Source: Edaphobacter aggregans (GTDB lineage Bacteria > Acidobacteriota > Terriglobia > Terriglobales > Acidobacteriaceae). Taken from it: DNA of 32,000 nucleotides. The stretch is from the NCBI RefSeq assembly GCF_003945235.1, contig NZ_RSDW01000001.1, positions 3,120,001-3,152,000 on the forward strand, given 5' to 3'. Every line of letters starts with the position of its first letter. The first letter of the stretch is position 1. Made by a program: the position numbers and the translations under genes. Below are positions 23,931 to 32,000 of this stretch, piece by piece. The notes beneath the pieces were generated by a model that was not told the origin of the DNA, did not search any database, and was given only the letters and a program-made list of their open reading frames with translations.

Positions 23931-25154
23931 ATGGAATTCAAAGAGGCCGTACAGATCGCGCTGCAGTCGCTCTGGGCCAACAAGCTGCGGACTATTCTTA
24001 CGCTGCTCGGTGTCGTCATCGGCGTCGCCAGCGTGATTGCCGTGGTGACGCTGGTGAATGGCGCCAATACGTATGTCGCGACCAAGTTCAGCAGCTATGG
24101 CGCTGATGTATTCACGGTGTCGAAGATGCCGCAGATCATCACCAGCCCGGAGGACTATCAGCGGTTTCAGAAGCGGAAGAACATTCTGTTTCCGGACTTC
24201 AAGTATGTCGAGGCCAACTGCAAGCACTGCATCGGGATTGGCGCGCAGCAGTCAGTGACCGGAAAGATCGTGCGGGGGACACAGTCCACGACCGATACCA
24301 GCATCCGGGGATATACATGGCAGATGCCGGCCCTGCAGAACCTGAACATCGTGCAGGGACGCGGGTTTACTCAGGCAGACGAAGAACATGCCTCGCGTGT
24401 GGCGATCATCGGGACGGATATTCAGGACCACCTGTTTGAGGGAGTGGATCCGCTGGGGCAGGAGTTGCGGGTAGACGGCACTCCGTACACGATCATCGGC
24501 ATCAGCGAGAAACAGGGGAGCACGTTTGGTGCAAGCCAGGACAACTGGGTCGCGGTGCCGCTGCCGTCGTTTCAGAAGAGCTATGGGACGGCGAAGACGC
24601 TGACGATCTATGTGAAGGCAGGCGAGGCCGGACCAGTGCTGGAGACGGCGGCGGACGAGGTGAGGGTGCTGGTGCGGTCGGCGCGGCATGACGCTCCCGG
24701 AGAGCCGGACTCGTTTGAGCTGGATACGAACAATACTCTGGTGGGATTCTTCAGCATGGTGACCGAGTCGTTTGGAGCGGTGGCCGGGGGGGTGGCGCTG
24801 ATCGCACTGGTGGTAGGAGGCATCGTGATCATGAACATCATGCTGGTGAGCGTGACCGAGCGGACACGAGAGATCGGGATACGGAAGGCGTTGGGCGCAC
24901 GGCCGAAGGACATCATGATCCAGTTTCTGATTGAGTCGGGGACGATGGCGCTGGTCGGCGGAGTGTTCGGCGTCATAGGTGGGATCCTGGTGGCGCAGGC
25001 GATTACGATTCTGGCGGGATTTCCTTCAACCGTTGCGTTTTGGAGCGTGTTTGCCGGGCTGGTAATGGCTACCGGTACAGGAGTCTTCTTTGGTGTCTAT
25101 CCAGCGCGGAAGGCTGCGCAGTTGGATCCGATCGTGGCGTTGCGAGCGGAGTAA
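23931..25154 (+). CDS. MacB-type ABC transporter permease (MacB_PCD + FtsX domains), no fused ATPase
   Basis: N-terminus EAVQIALQSLWANKLRTILTLLGVVIGVASVIAVVTL, a periplasmic domain of about 220 aa, and the C-terminal FtsX motif IMLVSVTERTREIGIRKALGARPKDI. Confidence 0.9.
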   Translation: MEFKEAVQIALQSLWANKLRTILTLLGVVIGVASVIAVVTLVNGANTYVATKFSSYGADVFTVSKMPQIITSPEDYQRFQKRKNILFPDFKYVEANCKHCIGIGAQQSVTGKIVRGTQSTTDTSIRGYTWQMPALQNLNIVQGRGFTQADEEHASRVAIIGTDIQDHLFEGVDPLGQELRVDGTPYTIIGISEKQGSTFGASQDNWVAVPLPSFQKSYGTAKTLTIYVKAGEAGPVLETAADEVRVLVRSARHDAPGEPDSFELDTNNTLVGFFSMVTESFGAVAGGVALIALVVGGIVIMNIMLVSVTERTREIGIRKALGARPKDIMIQFLIESGTMALVGGVFGVIGGILVAQAITILAGFPSTVAFWSVFAGLVMATGTGVFFGVYPARKAAQLDPIVALRAE

Positions 25155-25192
25155 AGCACAGGGCAAGGGCAGGAACAGAAAGGAGGTCGTCA

Positions 25193-26440
25193 ATGCAGGT
25201 CGCCGATGCGAAAGAAACGGTAACGATGGCGCTGGGTACGTTGCGGGCGAACAAGCTGCGCAGCGGGCTGACGATTCTGGGGATCGTGATCGGCGTGATG
25301 ACGGTGATTATTATCTCGTCCGTGATCAATGGGTTGAACTCGCGTGTGTCGGGCCTGGTGGAGTCTCTCGGGACCAACGTGATCTGGGTGTTCCGGTTTC
25401 CTGTGATCGGGGTGCGTCCGACGACGGAGATGCTAACGCGGAAGCAGATGACCTATGACGACGCGATGGCGATGAAGGCGCTGCCGCATGTGCTGGCGGT
25501 GTCGCCGTCATTGCAGTATCGAGACAATAGCGGAGTGCAGGGCACCGTGGGAGTGAAGTTTGGCACCAAGAAGATGGAGGGGACGACACTGGAGGGGGAC
25601 GCGGCGAGCGTGAAGGATGTGTATGACCTCGACCTGAAGGAGGGCCGGTTCTTCACCGATGGCGACGTGGAGCGGGCGGCAAACGTTGTGGTGTTAGGAA
25701 ACGATACGGCGGACACACTGTTCGGCACGGTGAGTCCTGTGGGCCAGGATGTGACTATCGCGGGCATAGTGTTTACCGTCGTGGGGGTGATGGGCAAACG
25801 CCCAATGGCGTTTGGGGGAGGGAAGAACCCGGAAGACAATAAGGCGTGGTTTCCGGTGACGACGTTCCACAAGATCCATCCGGAGGTATTGGATTACTGG
25901 ATCAGCCTGAAGTTCGACGACCAGAAGAACAAGGCTCTCGTGCAGGATGAGTTGGAGGAGTTGCTGCGGATCAGACGAAAGGTGAAGAACAATGCTCCCG
26001 ACAACTTTGCGATCTTTGGGACGGACTCGCTGACGCGGCTGTGGGACCAGATCACGTTCGGTCTGTTCGCGCTCATGCTGTCGCTGTCGGCAGTGGGATT
26101 GCTTGTGGGCGGGGTGGGAGTGATGAATATCATGCTGGTGAGCGTGACGGAGCGGACCCGGGAGATTGGTGTGCGCAAGGCGATCGGCGCGAACAAGCAG
26201 ATGATCCTGACTCAATTCACGCTGGAGGCGATGACCCTGTGCGCTGTCGGCGGCATTATCGGGGTGTTGGGTGGCAGTGCGATCGGGTATGCCGTGCACT
26301 TCTTTTTCCCTGCGGCGCTATCGGCGGTATGGATCGGCGCGGCGTTCGCGAGCTCCTGCGGGATCGGGCTGATCTTCGGCATCTATCCGGCATGGAAGGC
26401 CGCCAACCTCAACCCCATCGAAGCTCTTCGCTACGAATAA
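25193..26440 (+). CDS. MacB-type ABC transporter permease, second paralogue
   Basis: The ATG at 25193 has AGGAGG 6 nt upstream. N-terminus MALGTLRANKLRSGLTILGIVIGVMTVIII, then IMLVSVTERTREIGVRKAIGANKQMI. The 25040 start in the ORF track overlaps the upstream gene and is implausible. Confidence 0.9.
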   Translation: MQVADAKETVTMALGTLRANKLRSGLTILGIVIGVMTVIIISSVINGLNSRVSGLVESLGTNVIWVFRFPVIGVRPTTEMLTRKQMTYDDAMAMKALPHVLAVSPSLQYRDNSGVQGTVGVKFGTKKMEGTTLEGDAASVKDVYDLDLKEGRFFTDGDVERAANVVVLGNDTADTLFGTVSPVGQDVTIAGIVFTVVGVMGKRPMAFGGGKNPEDNKAWFPVTTFHKIHPEVLDYWISLKFDDQKNKALVQDELEELLRIRRKVKNNAPDNFAIFGTDSLTRLWDQITFGLFALMLSLSAVGLLVGGVGVMNIMLVSVTERTREIGVRKAIGANKQMILTQFTLEAMTLCAVGGIIGVLGGSAIGYAVHFFFPAALSAVWIGAAFASSCGIGLIFGIYPAWKAANLNPIEALRYE

Positions 26441-26514
26441 CGAGAAAACTAACCCGCACAGCCCTTCAGGTCGGATGTTGCATCATACAATCGATCCTTC
26501 CCTGGGACTAACCC

Positions 26515-28323
26515 ATGCTGCGTTTTGTTGGCGGTTTAATCCGGCCCTATCGTAGTACCCTGGCAGTCATTCTTCTCTGCATGCTGGTCGAGACGGCGAT
26601 GAGCCTGGCGACCCCATGGCCGCTGAAGATCATCCTCGACAACGTCATTGGCGACCACAAGCTCACTCCCTGGCTTCATCATCTGCTCCACCCCATGTTG
26701 GAGCGAGGCGACAAACTTCATGTCGCGGCTCTGGCGGCGGTCGCGCTCGTCCTGATCGCCATCGTCGGCTCAGCCGCCTCCTACATCGACAACTACTACA
26801 CGGAGAGTGTCGGGCAATGGGTCGCTCACGATCTGCGGATGCGCCTGTATCAGCACCTGCAGCGCCTCTCGCTGCGCTACTACAGCACCCACGAGACCGG
26901 CACGATCCTCAGCACCCTTACTGCCGACATCCAGACTATCCAGGGCTTCGCGTCTTCTTCCACGCTCAGCATTCTCGTCGATCTCCTCACGATTCTCTGC
27001 ATGCTGGGTCTCATGTTCTGGCTCAATTGGGACTTTACCCTCATCGCTGTGGCTGTAACGCCTTTTCTTCTCCTCTTCGTTTCGCGATTCAAAAAGGCCG
27101 TCAAGAAGGCGACCCACGAAGTCCGCAAAGAGCAGAGTGCGATCCTCGCCGTAGCCCAGCAGGATCTCGAATCCATCCAGGTCGTGAAAGCTTTCGGTCA
27201 GGAGAAGGTGGAGGAAAAGCTCCTCTTCGATGTGAGCGAGGCGACCGTAGGGGCTGCTCTCAAGGCCCGCAGCATCAAGGCGCTCCTCTCGCCGGTCGTG
27301 AACATCACCGTCGCGCTTTGTACTGCGGTCGTTCTCTGGCGTGGGGCGGCGCTTATTCTTGCAGGGTCCATGACCATCGGTGAGCTCACTGTCTACCTCG
27401 CTTACCTTGCGAAGTTCTTCAAGCCAGTCAAGGATCTTGCCACAACAACGAATGCCGTAGCGCAGGCTGCTGTGGGCGCCGAACGCATTCGCTCCATCCT
27501 CGATACCGACGCCGTTATCCCTGAGAATCCCGACGGCCTCGAACCCGAAACTCTGGCCGGTGAGATCGAATTCGACCACATCGCCTTTGGATACGATGCC
27601 GACAACCCAATCCTCACCGATCTAAACCTCAAAATTAAGCCTGGACAGTTCGTCGGCATCGTAGGTCCAACGGGCGCTGGAAAATCTACCGTGGTTAGCC
27701 TTATCCCGCGCTTCTATGATGTCCAGTCCGGTACCGTCCACATCGACGGCCATGATGTCCGCGAGTACAAACTCAAGCCTCTTCGCGACCAGATCGGGTA
27801 TGTCCTGCAGGACACAGTCCTCTTTCGCGGAACCATCCTCGAGAACATCGCCTTTGGCCGGCCCGACGCCACGAAAGATGAGATCATCGCTGCGGCCAAA
27901 CTCGCCAACGCGCACGACTTCATCATGGCCATGCCGAACGGCTACGACACGCTTGTCGGGGACCGCGGCTCCACGCTCTCCGGTGGTCAACGCCAGCGCA
28001 TCGGCATTGCCCGCGTCATGGTTCGCAACAGCCCCATTCTCCTGCTGGATGAACCCACTGCGGCCCTCGATAGCGAATCCGAAAAACTGGTCATTGATGC
28101 TCTTGAGAAGCTGATGAAAGGTAAAACTGTCATCGCTATCGCCCACAGGCTCAGCACTATCCGCGACGCTGACCAGATCGTCGTCATCGCTGGTGGAGTC
28201 GTCGCCGAAAGCGGCACCCACGACGAGTTGATGGCCAAGAATGGCCTCTACGCCGACCTTCACCGGACCCAGTTCGACGCCGGTTCAGATAAAGTAGAGT
28301 CACCTCAGCCGCAGGAGCAGTAA
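26515..28323 (+). CDS. ABC exporter, fused TMD-NBD half-transporter (MsbA/lipid-exporter-like)
   Basis: Six-helix TMD followed by Walker A GPTGAGKST, Q-loop, signature LSGGQRQR, Walker B ILLLDEPTAALD and H-loop IAIAHRLST. Confidence 0.92.
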   Translation: MLRFVGGLIRPYRSTLAVILLCMLVETAMSLATPWPLKIILDNVIGDHKLTPWLHHLLHPMLERGDKLHVAALAAVALVLIAIVGSAASYIDNYYTESVGQWVAHDLRMRLYQHLQRLSLRYYSTHETGTILSTLTADIQTIQGFASSSTLSILVDLLTILCMLGLMFWLNWDFTLIAVAVTPFLLLFVSRFKKAVKKATHEVRKEQSAILAVAQQDLESIQVVKAFGQEKVEEKLLFDVSEATVGAALKARSIKALLSPVVNITVALCTAVVLWRGAALILAGSMTIGELTVYLAYLAKFFKPVKDLATTTNAVAQAAVGAERIRSILDTDAVIPENPDGLEPETLAGEIEFDHIAFGYDADNPILTDLNLKIKPGQFVGIVGPTGAGKSTVVSLIPRFYDVQSGTVHIDGHDVREYKLKPLRDQIGYVLQDTVLFRGTILENIAFGRPDATKDEIIAAAKLANAHDFIMAMPNGYDTLVGDRGSTLSGGQRQRIGIARVMVRNSPILLLDEPTAALDSESEKLVIDALEKLMKGKTVIAIAHRLSTIRDADQIVVIAGGVVAESGTHDELMAKNGLYADLHRTQFDAGSDKVESPQPQEQ

Positions 28324-28327
28324 CACC

Positions 28328-29332
28328 ATGTCCCGCTCCCTCATCGTTTTACCCGACGACTCCGCGCAGCCCATTCTCGACGCCATCGGTCAGGCTACTA
28401 AGTCAATCCGCATCAAGATGTTCGTCTTCTCCGATCCCGCGCTACTCCAAGCCGTCATCGCCGCGCAGCAACGTGGCGTCGACGTGCGCGTCATGCTCAA
28501 TCCCGCGCGCCGCGACGGCAAGGAAGAGAATAGCGATTCCCGGAAGGCACTTGCCGACGGCGGTATCAAGGTCATCGACAGCAACCCGGACTTCGACCTG
28601 ACGCACGAGAAGTCCATGGTCATCGACGATTCGATCGCCTTCGTGCAGTCGCTGAACTGGGAGACTGAAAATCTCACTACCACACGCGACTACGCCGTCC
28701 TTACCACGCACAAGCACGAAGTCGAAGAGGTGATGGAGTGCTTCGATGCGGACTGGAACCGTTCGAAGTTTAACGCCGGCGACCACTCCCATCTCATCTG
28801 GTGCGTCGGCAATGGGCGTCAACGCCTGGGCCAACTCATCGACAGCGCCCAGCACACTTTGTGGCTGCAGAACGAGCGCTATCAGGACCCCGTCATCATC
28901 GAGCATCTGGTTCGTGCGAGTAGTCGCGGAGTCAAGATCCACATCATGGCGCGTCCTCCGCACAAGCTAAAAAAGGAGAAGCTCATCGAAGGTGTGAGCG
29001 GCCTGCGCTGCCTTCAAGACATCGGTGTGAAGATCCATAAGCTAAAGCACATCAAGCTTCATGCCAAATTGCTTCTGGCGGACGGTGCCCGCGCTATCAT
29101 CGGTTCCATCAATCTTGCCCCCGGCAGCTTCGACAGCCGTCGCGAGCTGGCCATCGAAGTTGACGATGAGCACATCATCCGCCGCATCCAGAAAACGCTC
29201 CACGAGGATTGGGAGAACTCCCACCTGTTGGATCTATCCGACGAAGGTCTACTCGCCGAGCTCGAACAGTGCGACCCCAATGTCAAAGAAGATCTCGCGC
29301 TTCAGGCGGAGAGCCATCATAAAGGGAAGTAG
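28328..29332 (+). CDS. Phospholipase D superfamily protein with two HKD motifs, soluble (no TM segment seen)
   Basis: HKD-1 is THEKSMVIDD...FVQSLN. HKD-2 is LHAKLLLADGARAIIGSINL (HxK-x4-D-x6-GSxN). The ATG is 4 nt after the ABC exporter stop. Confidence 0.88.
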   Translation: MSRSLIVLPDDSAQPILDAIGQATKSIRIKMFVFSDPALLQAVIAAQQRGVDVRVMLNPARRDGKEENSDSRKALADGGIKVIDSNPDFDLTHEKSMVIDDSIAFVQSLNWETENLTTTRDYAVLTTHKHEVEEVMECFDADWNRSKFNAGDHSHLIWCVGNGRQRLGQLIDSAQHTLWLQNERYQDPVIIEHLVRASSRGVKIHIMARPPHKLKKEKLIEGVSGLRCLQDIGVKIHKLKHIKLHAKLLLADGARAIIGSINLAPGSFDSRRELAIEVDDEHIIRRIQKTLHEDWENSHLLDLSDEGLLAELEQCDPNVKEDLALQAESHHKGK

Positions 29333-29389
29333 CCACGCACCGCGTCCCCCGAATGATCGCTAAACACGCTGTTCGATAGACTAGAAAGA

Positions 29390-30559
29390 ATGCTCGCCAT
29401 CTTGATCGAGGTCTTCACCGCACTGCTTACGCTGGCAGGCCTCGCCTATCTGTTGCTGGCGCTATGGGGTGCGCGGGACTTCAACCATTACTGGAGACGT
29501 CGCGGCCTCGCCGCTGGCTGCGCTCCCGACGTCTCCATCCTCAAGCCGGTCAAAGGCGTCGACCCGCAGATGTACGCCGGCCTGGTGAGCCACTGTCAGC
29601 AACAATATGCGGGCCGCTTCGAGATCCTCTTTGGTGTCAGCAGCCTCGATGATCCAGCTGTAGCCGAGATCAAGCGTCTTCAGGCTGAGTTTCCTGAGTG
29701 CGCTATTCGCCTCATCGAGTGTTCTGAACGACTGGGCACAAGCGGCAAGGTCAGCAACCTCATCCAGATGCTCCGCGTGGCCAGCTACGAGCACGTACTG
29801 ATCAACGACAGCGACATCCGTGTCTCGCCGAACTACCTTACCCGCGTGATGGGCAGCTTCGCAGATAGCAGCGTCGGCATGGTGACGGCTCCCTACATCG
29901 GACGAACAGCGCAGAGCCGCCCCAGCCTTACTCTCTGGTCGCGCCTCGAAGCCCTCGGCATCTCTACAGATTTCATGCCGGGAGTCCTTACTGCGCGCAA
30001 GCTCGAAGGCGGAATTCATTTTGGTCTCGGCTCAACCCTCGCCACCAGCAAAGCCGCATTAGCCAAAGCAGGCGGCCTCGAATCGCTCGTTGAATGCCTC
30101 GCCGATGACTACGAGATGGGCGCACGCATCGCCGCTGCAGGTTACAGGATCGAGCTTTCGGCTGAGGTCGTTGAAACTTCTGTTCCGGCCTACACCTTCA
30201 GGGGCTTCCGCGATCACCAACTGCGCTGGGCTCGTACTGTGCGAGACTCACGCAAGCTCGGCTATCTCGGTCTGGCCATCACCTATGCGCTTCCGTGGGC
30301 CGTCATGACCTGCATCGCCAGCGGCTTCGATCTCTGGAGTTTCACCTTGCTCAGCGTCGTTCTGCTCGCACGCGTTTCGGTTGCGCTTGCAGTCGGCGTC
30401 GGAGTGTTGCGCGACGGCCAAGTGCTGCGCGACCTCTGGCTTCTTCCCCTGCGCGACTTCTTCGGTCTGGTCTTCTGGCTCTGGAGCTTTGCTGGCGACA
30501 CCATCGTCTGGCGCGGCGAACGCTTCCATCTCCGCGGCGGCCGTCTTCATCGTGCCTAG
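29390..30559 (+). CDS. Membrane glycosyltransferase, GT21-like (ceramide glucosyltransferase / hopanoid HpnI-like family)
   Basis: N-terminal TM helix. VSILKPVKGVD, FEILFGV, GKVSNL and the INDSDI acidic motif. Q(x)RW motif HQLRWARTVR. C-terminal TM helices. Confidence 0.8.
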   Translation: MLAILIEVFTALLTLAGLAYLLLALWGARDFNHYWRRRGLAAGCAPDVSILKPVKGVDPQMYAGLVSHCQQQYAGRFEILFGVSSLDDPAVAEIKRLQAEFPECAIRLIECSERLGTSGKVSNLIQMLRVASYEHVLINDSDIRVSPNYLTRVMGSFADSSVGMVTAPYIGRTAQSRPSLTLWSRLEALGISTDFMPGVLTARKLEGGIHFGLGSTLATSKAALAKAGGLESLVECLADDYEMGARIAAAGYRIELSAEVVETSVPAYTFRGFRDHQLRWARTVRDSRKLGYLGLAITYALPWAVMTCIASGFDLWSFTLLSVVLLARVSVALAVGVGVLRDGQVLRDLWLLPLRDFFGLVFWLWSFAGDTIVWRGERFHLRGGRLHRA

Positions 30560-32000
30560 TAGGGATTGGGTTGATTGCTCAATATCTCTTTTCCTCCGCT
30601 TTGAGCGATGAAGTAGGTCTTTCCAGGTAGCTTGGGAATGTGGTCCAGCTCGGTCCAGAGGAAGATGCGTCGCGGTTCTGTCCATTTCAGATCGAGCGAA
30701 AGCTCATCCTCGAAGATCGCCGGGGCATCCGGGAAGAAGCTGCCGTACCAGAGATTCGAGCTGCGGCCGTTGAGGATGTGAAGATCGTTGCGGCGCAGAT
30801 AGAAGCCGAGTGTGCTGGCCGACTCGTACTCGCCGTTGATGACGATCAGGTCGTCGGGCTTAAGCTCAGGGGCAACCGCATCGGCCAATCGCTTCGATGT
30901 AAGCACTGGCGAAAAAATTTGCAATCCCAGATGAGCCGCTAGCAGAAATCCAAACGCTGCCGCAGCTAGCCAAAGATTGGCAGGGTGAGGTTTGTAATCG
31001 CGCCGAAACAGCCAGCAGGCCAGCGTTCCACCGAACAGTGCAAATGCCGTGATCATCAACGGCACGCGAAACGCTCCCATGGCCTGAGCGTTCAGATCGA
31101 GGAAGTGACCGAACGAGAGTGCGTAATCCTGAGGGTTCTGCTTCAGTAGCGCCGCAAGATCGGTGCTCGCTCCGGCCTGCTGACCATGCAGTACAAAGAA
31201 TCCACAAACCAGTGCTGCGATCGAACCAAAGATAAGCAGTACGGTCGAGATGCGCTGACCAGCCGCGACCAGACGGTTCGGGACGACGAAAGACTCCGCC
31301 TCATTGGCCTCGCGGTTCAACCATCCAGCAATCAGCAGGATTAGCGCGGGCAGCGATGGGAGAACGTAGTACTCCTGTCGCGTGGAAAGACTGAAGAACA
31401 GCAGAGGAACCGCAGCCCACAGGCCGAGTAGCCATAGTGTGGATTCGGGCGCATCGAGCGTGTGGCGACGCAGAGCTTTACGCCACGGAACAGCAGCCAG
31501 CCCGTGAAACAGGAATCCGCTCCAGGGCATTAGCCAGACCAGGACGAGTCCCCAGAACAGCGCGAGCGGAACGGTATCGTAGTCGCGAGGTACGCGCAGA
31601 TTGAGGTAACGGAGCAGGTGCTCGTTGATGAAGTAGAACCAGAACCATCCGTGAACACTGCCGTCGCTCGGTTGAGGGACGATCCAGTGACCATGTGTGA
31701 AGTTGATGCTTCCGGGACTGCCCTGTGTGGGATTCGCAAGGCCGATCAGGATGTGCCAAGGCGCGGCTATGGCTAGGAAGACGAGGAGGCTGGTGAACGG
31801 GTGTAGTCGTCGAAGACGCACCATGGTGCCGCGGGCGCCTCGAGTCATCAGCAGATGAAGCGCGACGATTGCGACGGGGAAGACGATTCCGATCAATCCC
31901 TTGGTGAGTACGTTCAGAGCACAGCAGGTAGCGAAGCCGTAGCAGAGCAGACGATTCGGTGAGGTTTGTTGTTCGGTTAGCCAGTAGCAGAGGATCGCGA
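30556..32000 (-). CDS. GT39/GT83-type polyprenyl-phosphate-sugar-dependent glycosyltransferase (ArnT/PMT_2-like), 5' end beyond the window
   Basis: The reading frame is open to base 32000 (AILCYWLTEQQTSPNRLLCYGFATCCALNVLTKGLIGIVFPVAI...). The LTKGLIG loop and about 10 further TM helices, then a C-terminal soluble domain, are typical of ArnT-like enzymes. The TTG at 31896 in the ORF track is internal. Confidence 0.8.
   Translation of the reverse strand, partial: AILCYWLTEQQTSPNRLLCYGFATCCALNVLTKGLIGIVFPVAIVALHLLMTRGARGTMVRLRRLHPFTSLLVFLAIAAPWHILIGLANPTQGSPGSINFTHGHWIVPQPSDGSVHGWFWFYFINEHLLRYLNLRVPRDYDTVPLALFWGLVLVWLMPWSGFLFHGLAAVPWRKALRRHTLDAPESTLWLLGLWAAVPLLFFSLSTRQEYYVLPSLPALILLIAGWLNREANEAESFVVPNRLVAAGQRISTVLLIFGSIAALVCGFFVLHGQQAGASTDLAALLKQNPQDYALSFGHFLDLNAQAMGAFRVPLMITAFALFGGTLACWLFRRDYKPHPANLWLAAAAFGFLLAAHLGLQIFSPVLTSKRLADAVAPELKPDDLIVINGEYESASTLGFYLRRNDLHILNGRSSNLWYGSFFPDAPAIFEDELSLDLKWTEPRRIFLWTELDHIPKLPGKTYFIAQSGGKEILSNQPNPY

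Noticed and set aside
26441-26514. dif/XerCD site at the terminus-type polarity switch
   Set aside because: The 74-nt spacer lacks the ATAA-N6-TTAT type dif core. Nothing resembles the 28-bp consensus.
28328-29332. PLD-superfamily protein as a defence nuclease (Nuc/BfiI-like) forming an anti-phage pair with the ABC ATPase
   Set aside because: The ABC protein is a membrane exporter with a full TMD, not a soluble OLD/ABC-type ATPase. The neighbours are lipid glycosyltransferases, and there are no other defence or mobile-element genes. A lipid role fits the context better, although subfamily placement needs an HMM or phylogeny check.
1-32000. Mobile elements, prophage, integrative island, toxin-antitoxin or known defence systems
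   Set aside because: I saw no transposase, integrase, recombinase, phage structural or Cas-like ORF. No terminal inverted repeats flank the compositionally odd segments. Absence by eye is not proof, and an HMM scan would be needed.

Overview
High-GC bacterial chromosomal segment. The gene content and intergenic repeat families look like Acidobacteriota/Terriglobia, but that is an inference and no search was run. I support about 30 protein genes plus RNase P RNA. Left part: 5'-truncated TonB-dependent receptor, a SAM methyltransferase, then a co-directional XRE-HTH / NfeD-like / flotillin / mini membrane protein / PspA(IM30) cluster. It is followed by a signal-less five-repeat plus beta-lactamase-fold serine hydrolase and a GH5-CBM2 cellulase. 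Middle part: solitary ruvA, an Fsr-like MFS transporter, and a BlaI plus BlaR1(M56)-TonB_C pair divergent from a TPR protein. Then come a Tat-exported unknown protein, a methyltransferase, a Tat-exported class-V PLP enzyme, a STAS plus GAF-DHp pair, rnpB and two VOC proteins. Right part: two orphan MacB-type permeases, then an MsbA-like ABC exporter / PLD / GT21-like operon converging with overlapping stops on a 5'-truncated GT39 (ArnT-like) gene. I recognised no transposase, integrase, CRISPR array, tRNA or rRNA. The main structure not explained by genes is a set of sharp reversals of strand composition and third-codon-position regime at about 11.5-11.8 kb, 26.45-26.5 kb and 30.56 kb. The first reversal sits on a roughly 33% GC spacer. 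There are also two intergenic repeat families: a tandem hairpin element inside the nfeD-flotillin spacer, and a helically phased GTGG-rich element present twice in opposite orientation. The best candidates for undescribed systems are the HTH-NfeD-flotillin-PspA cluster, the ABC-PLD-GT21/GT39 envelope module, the GAF-DHp/STAS pair and the Tat-exported enzyme trio. All functional calls rest on motif recognition by eye; no database search was run.
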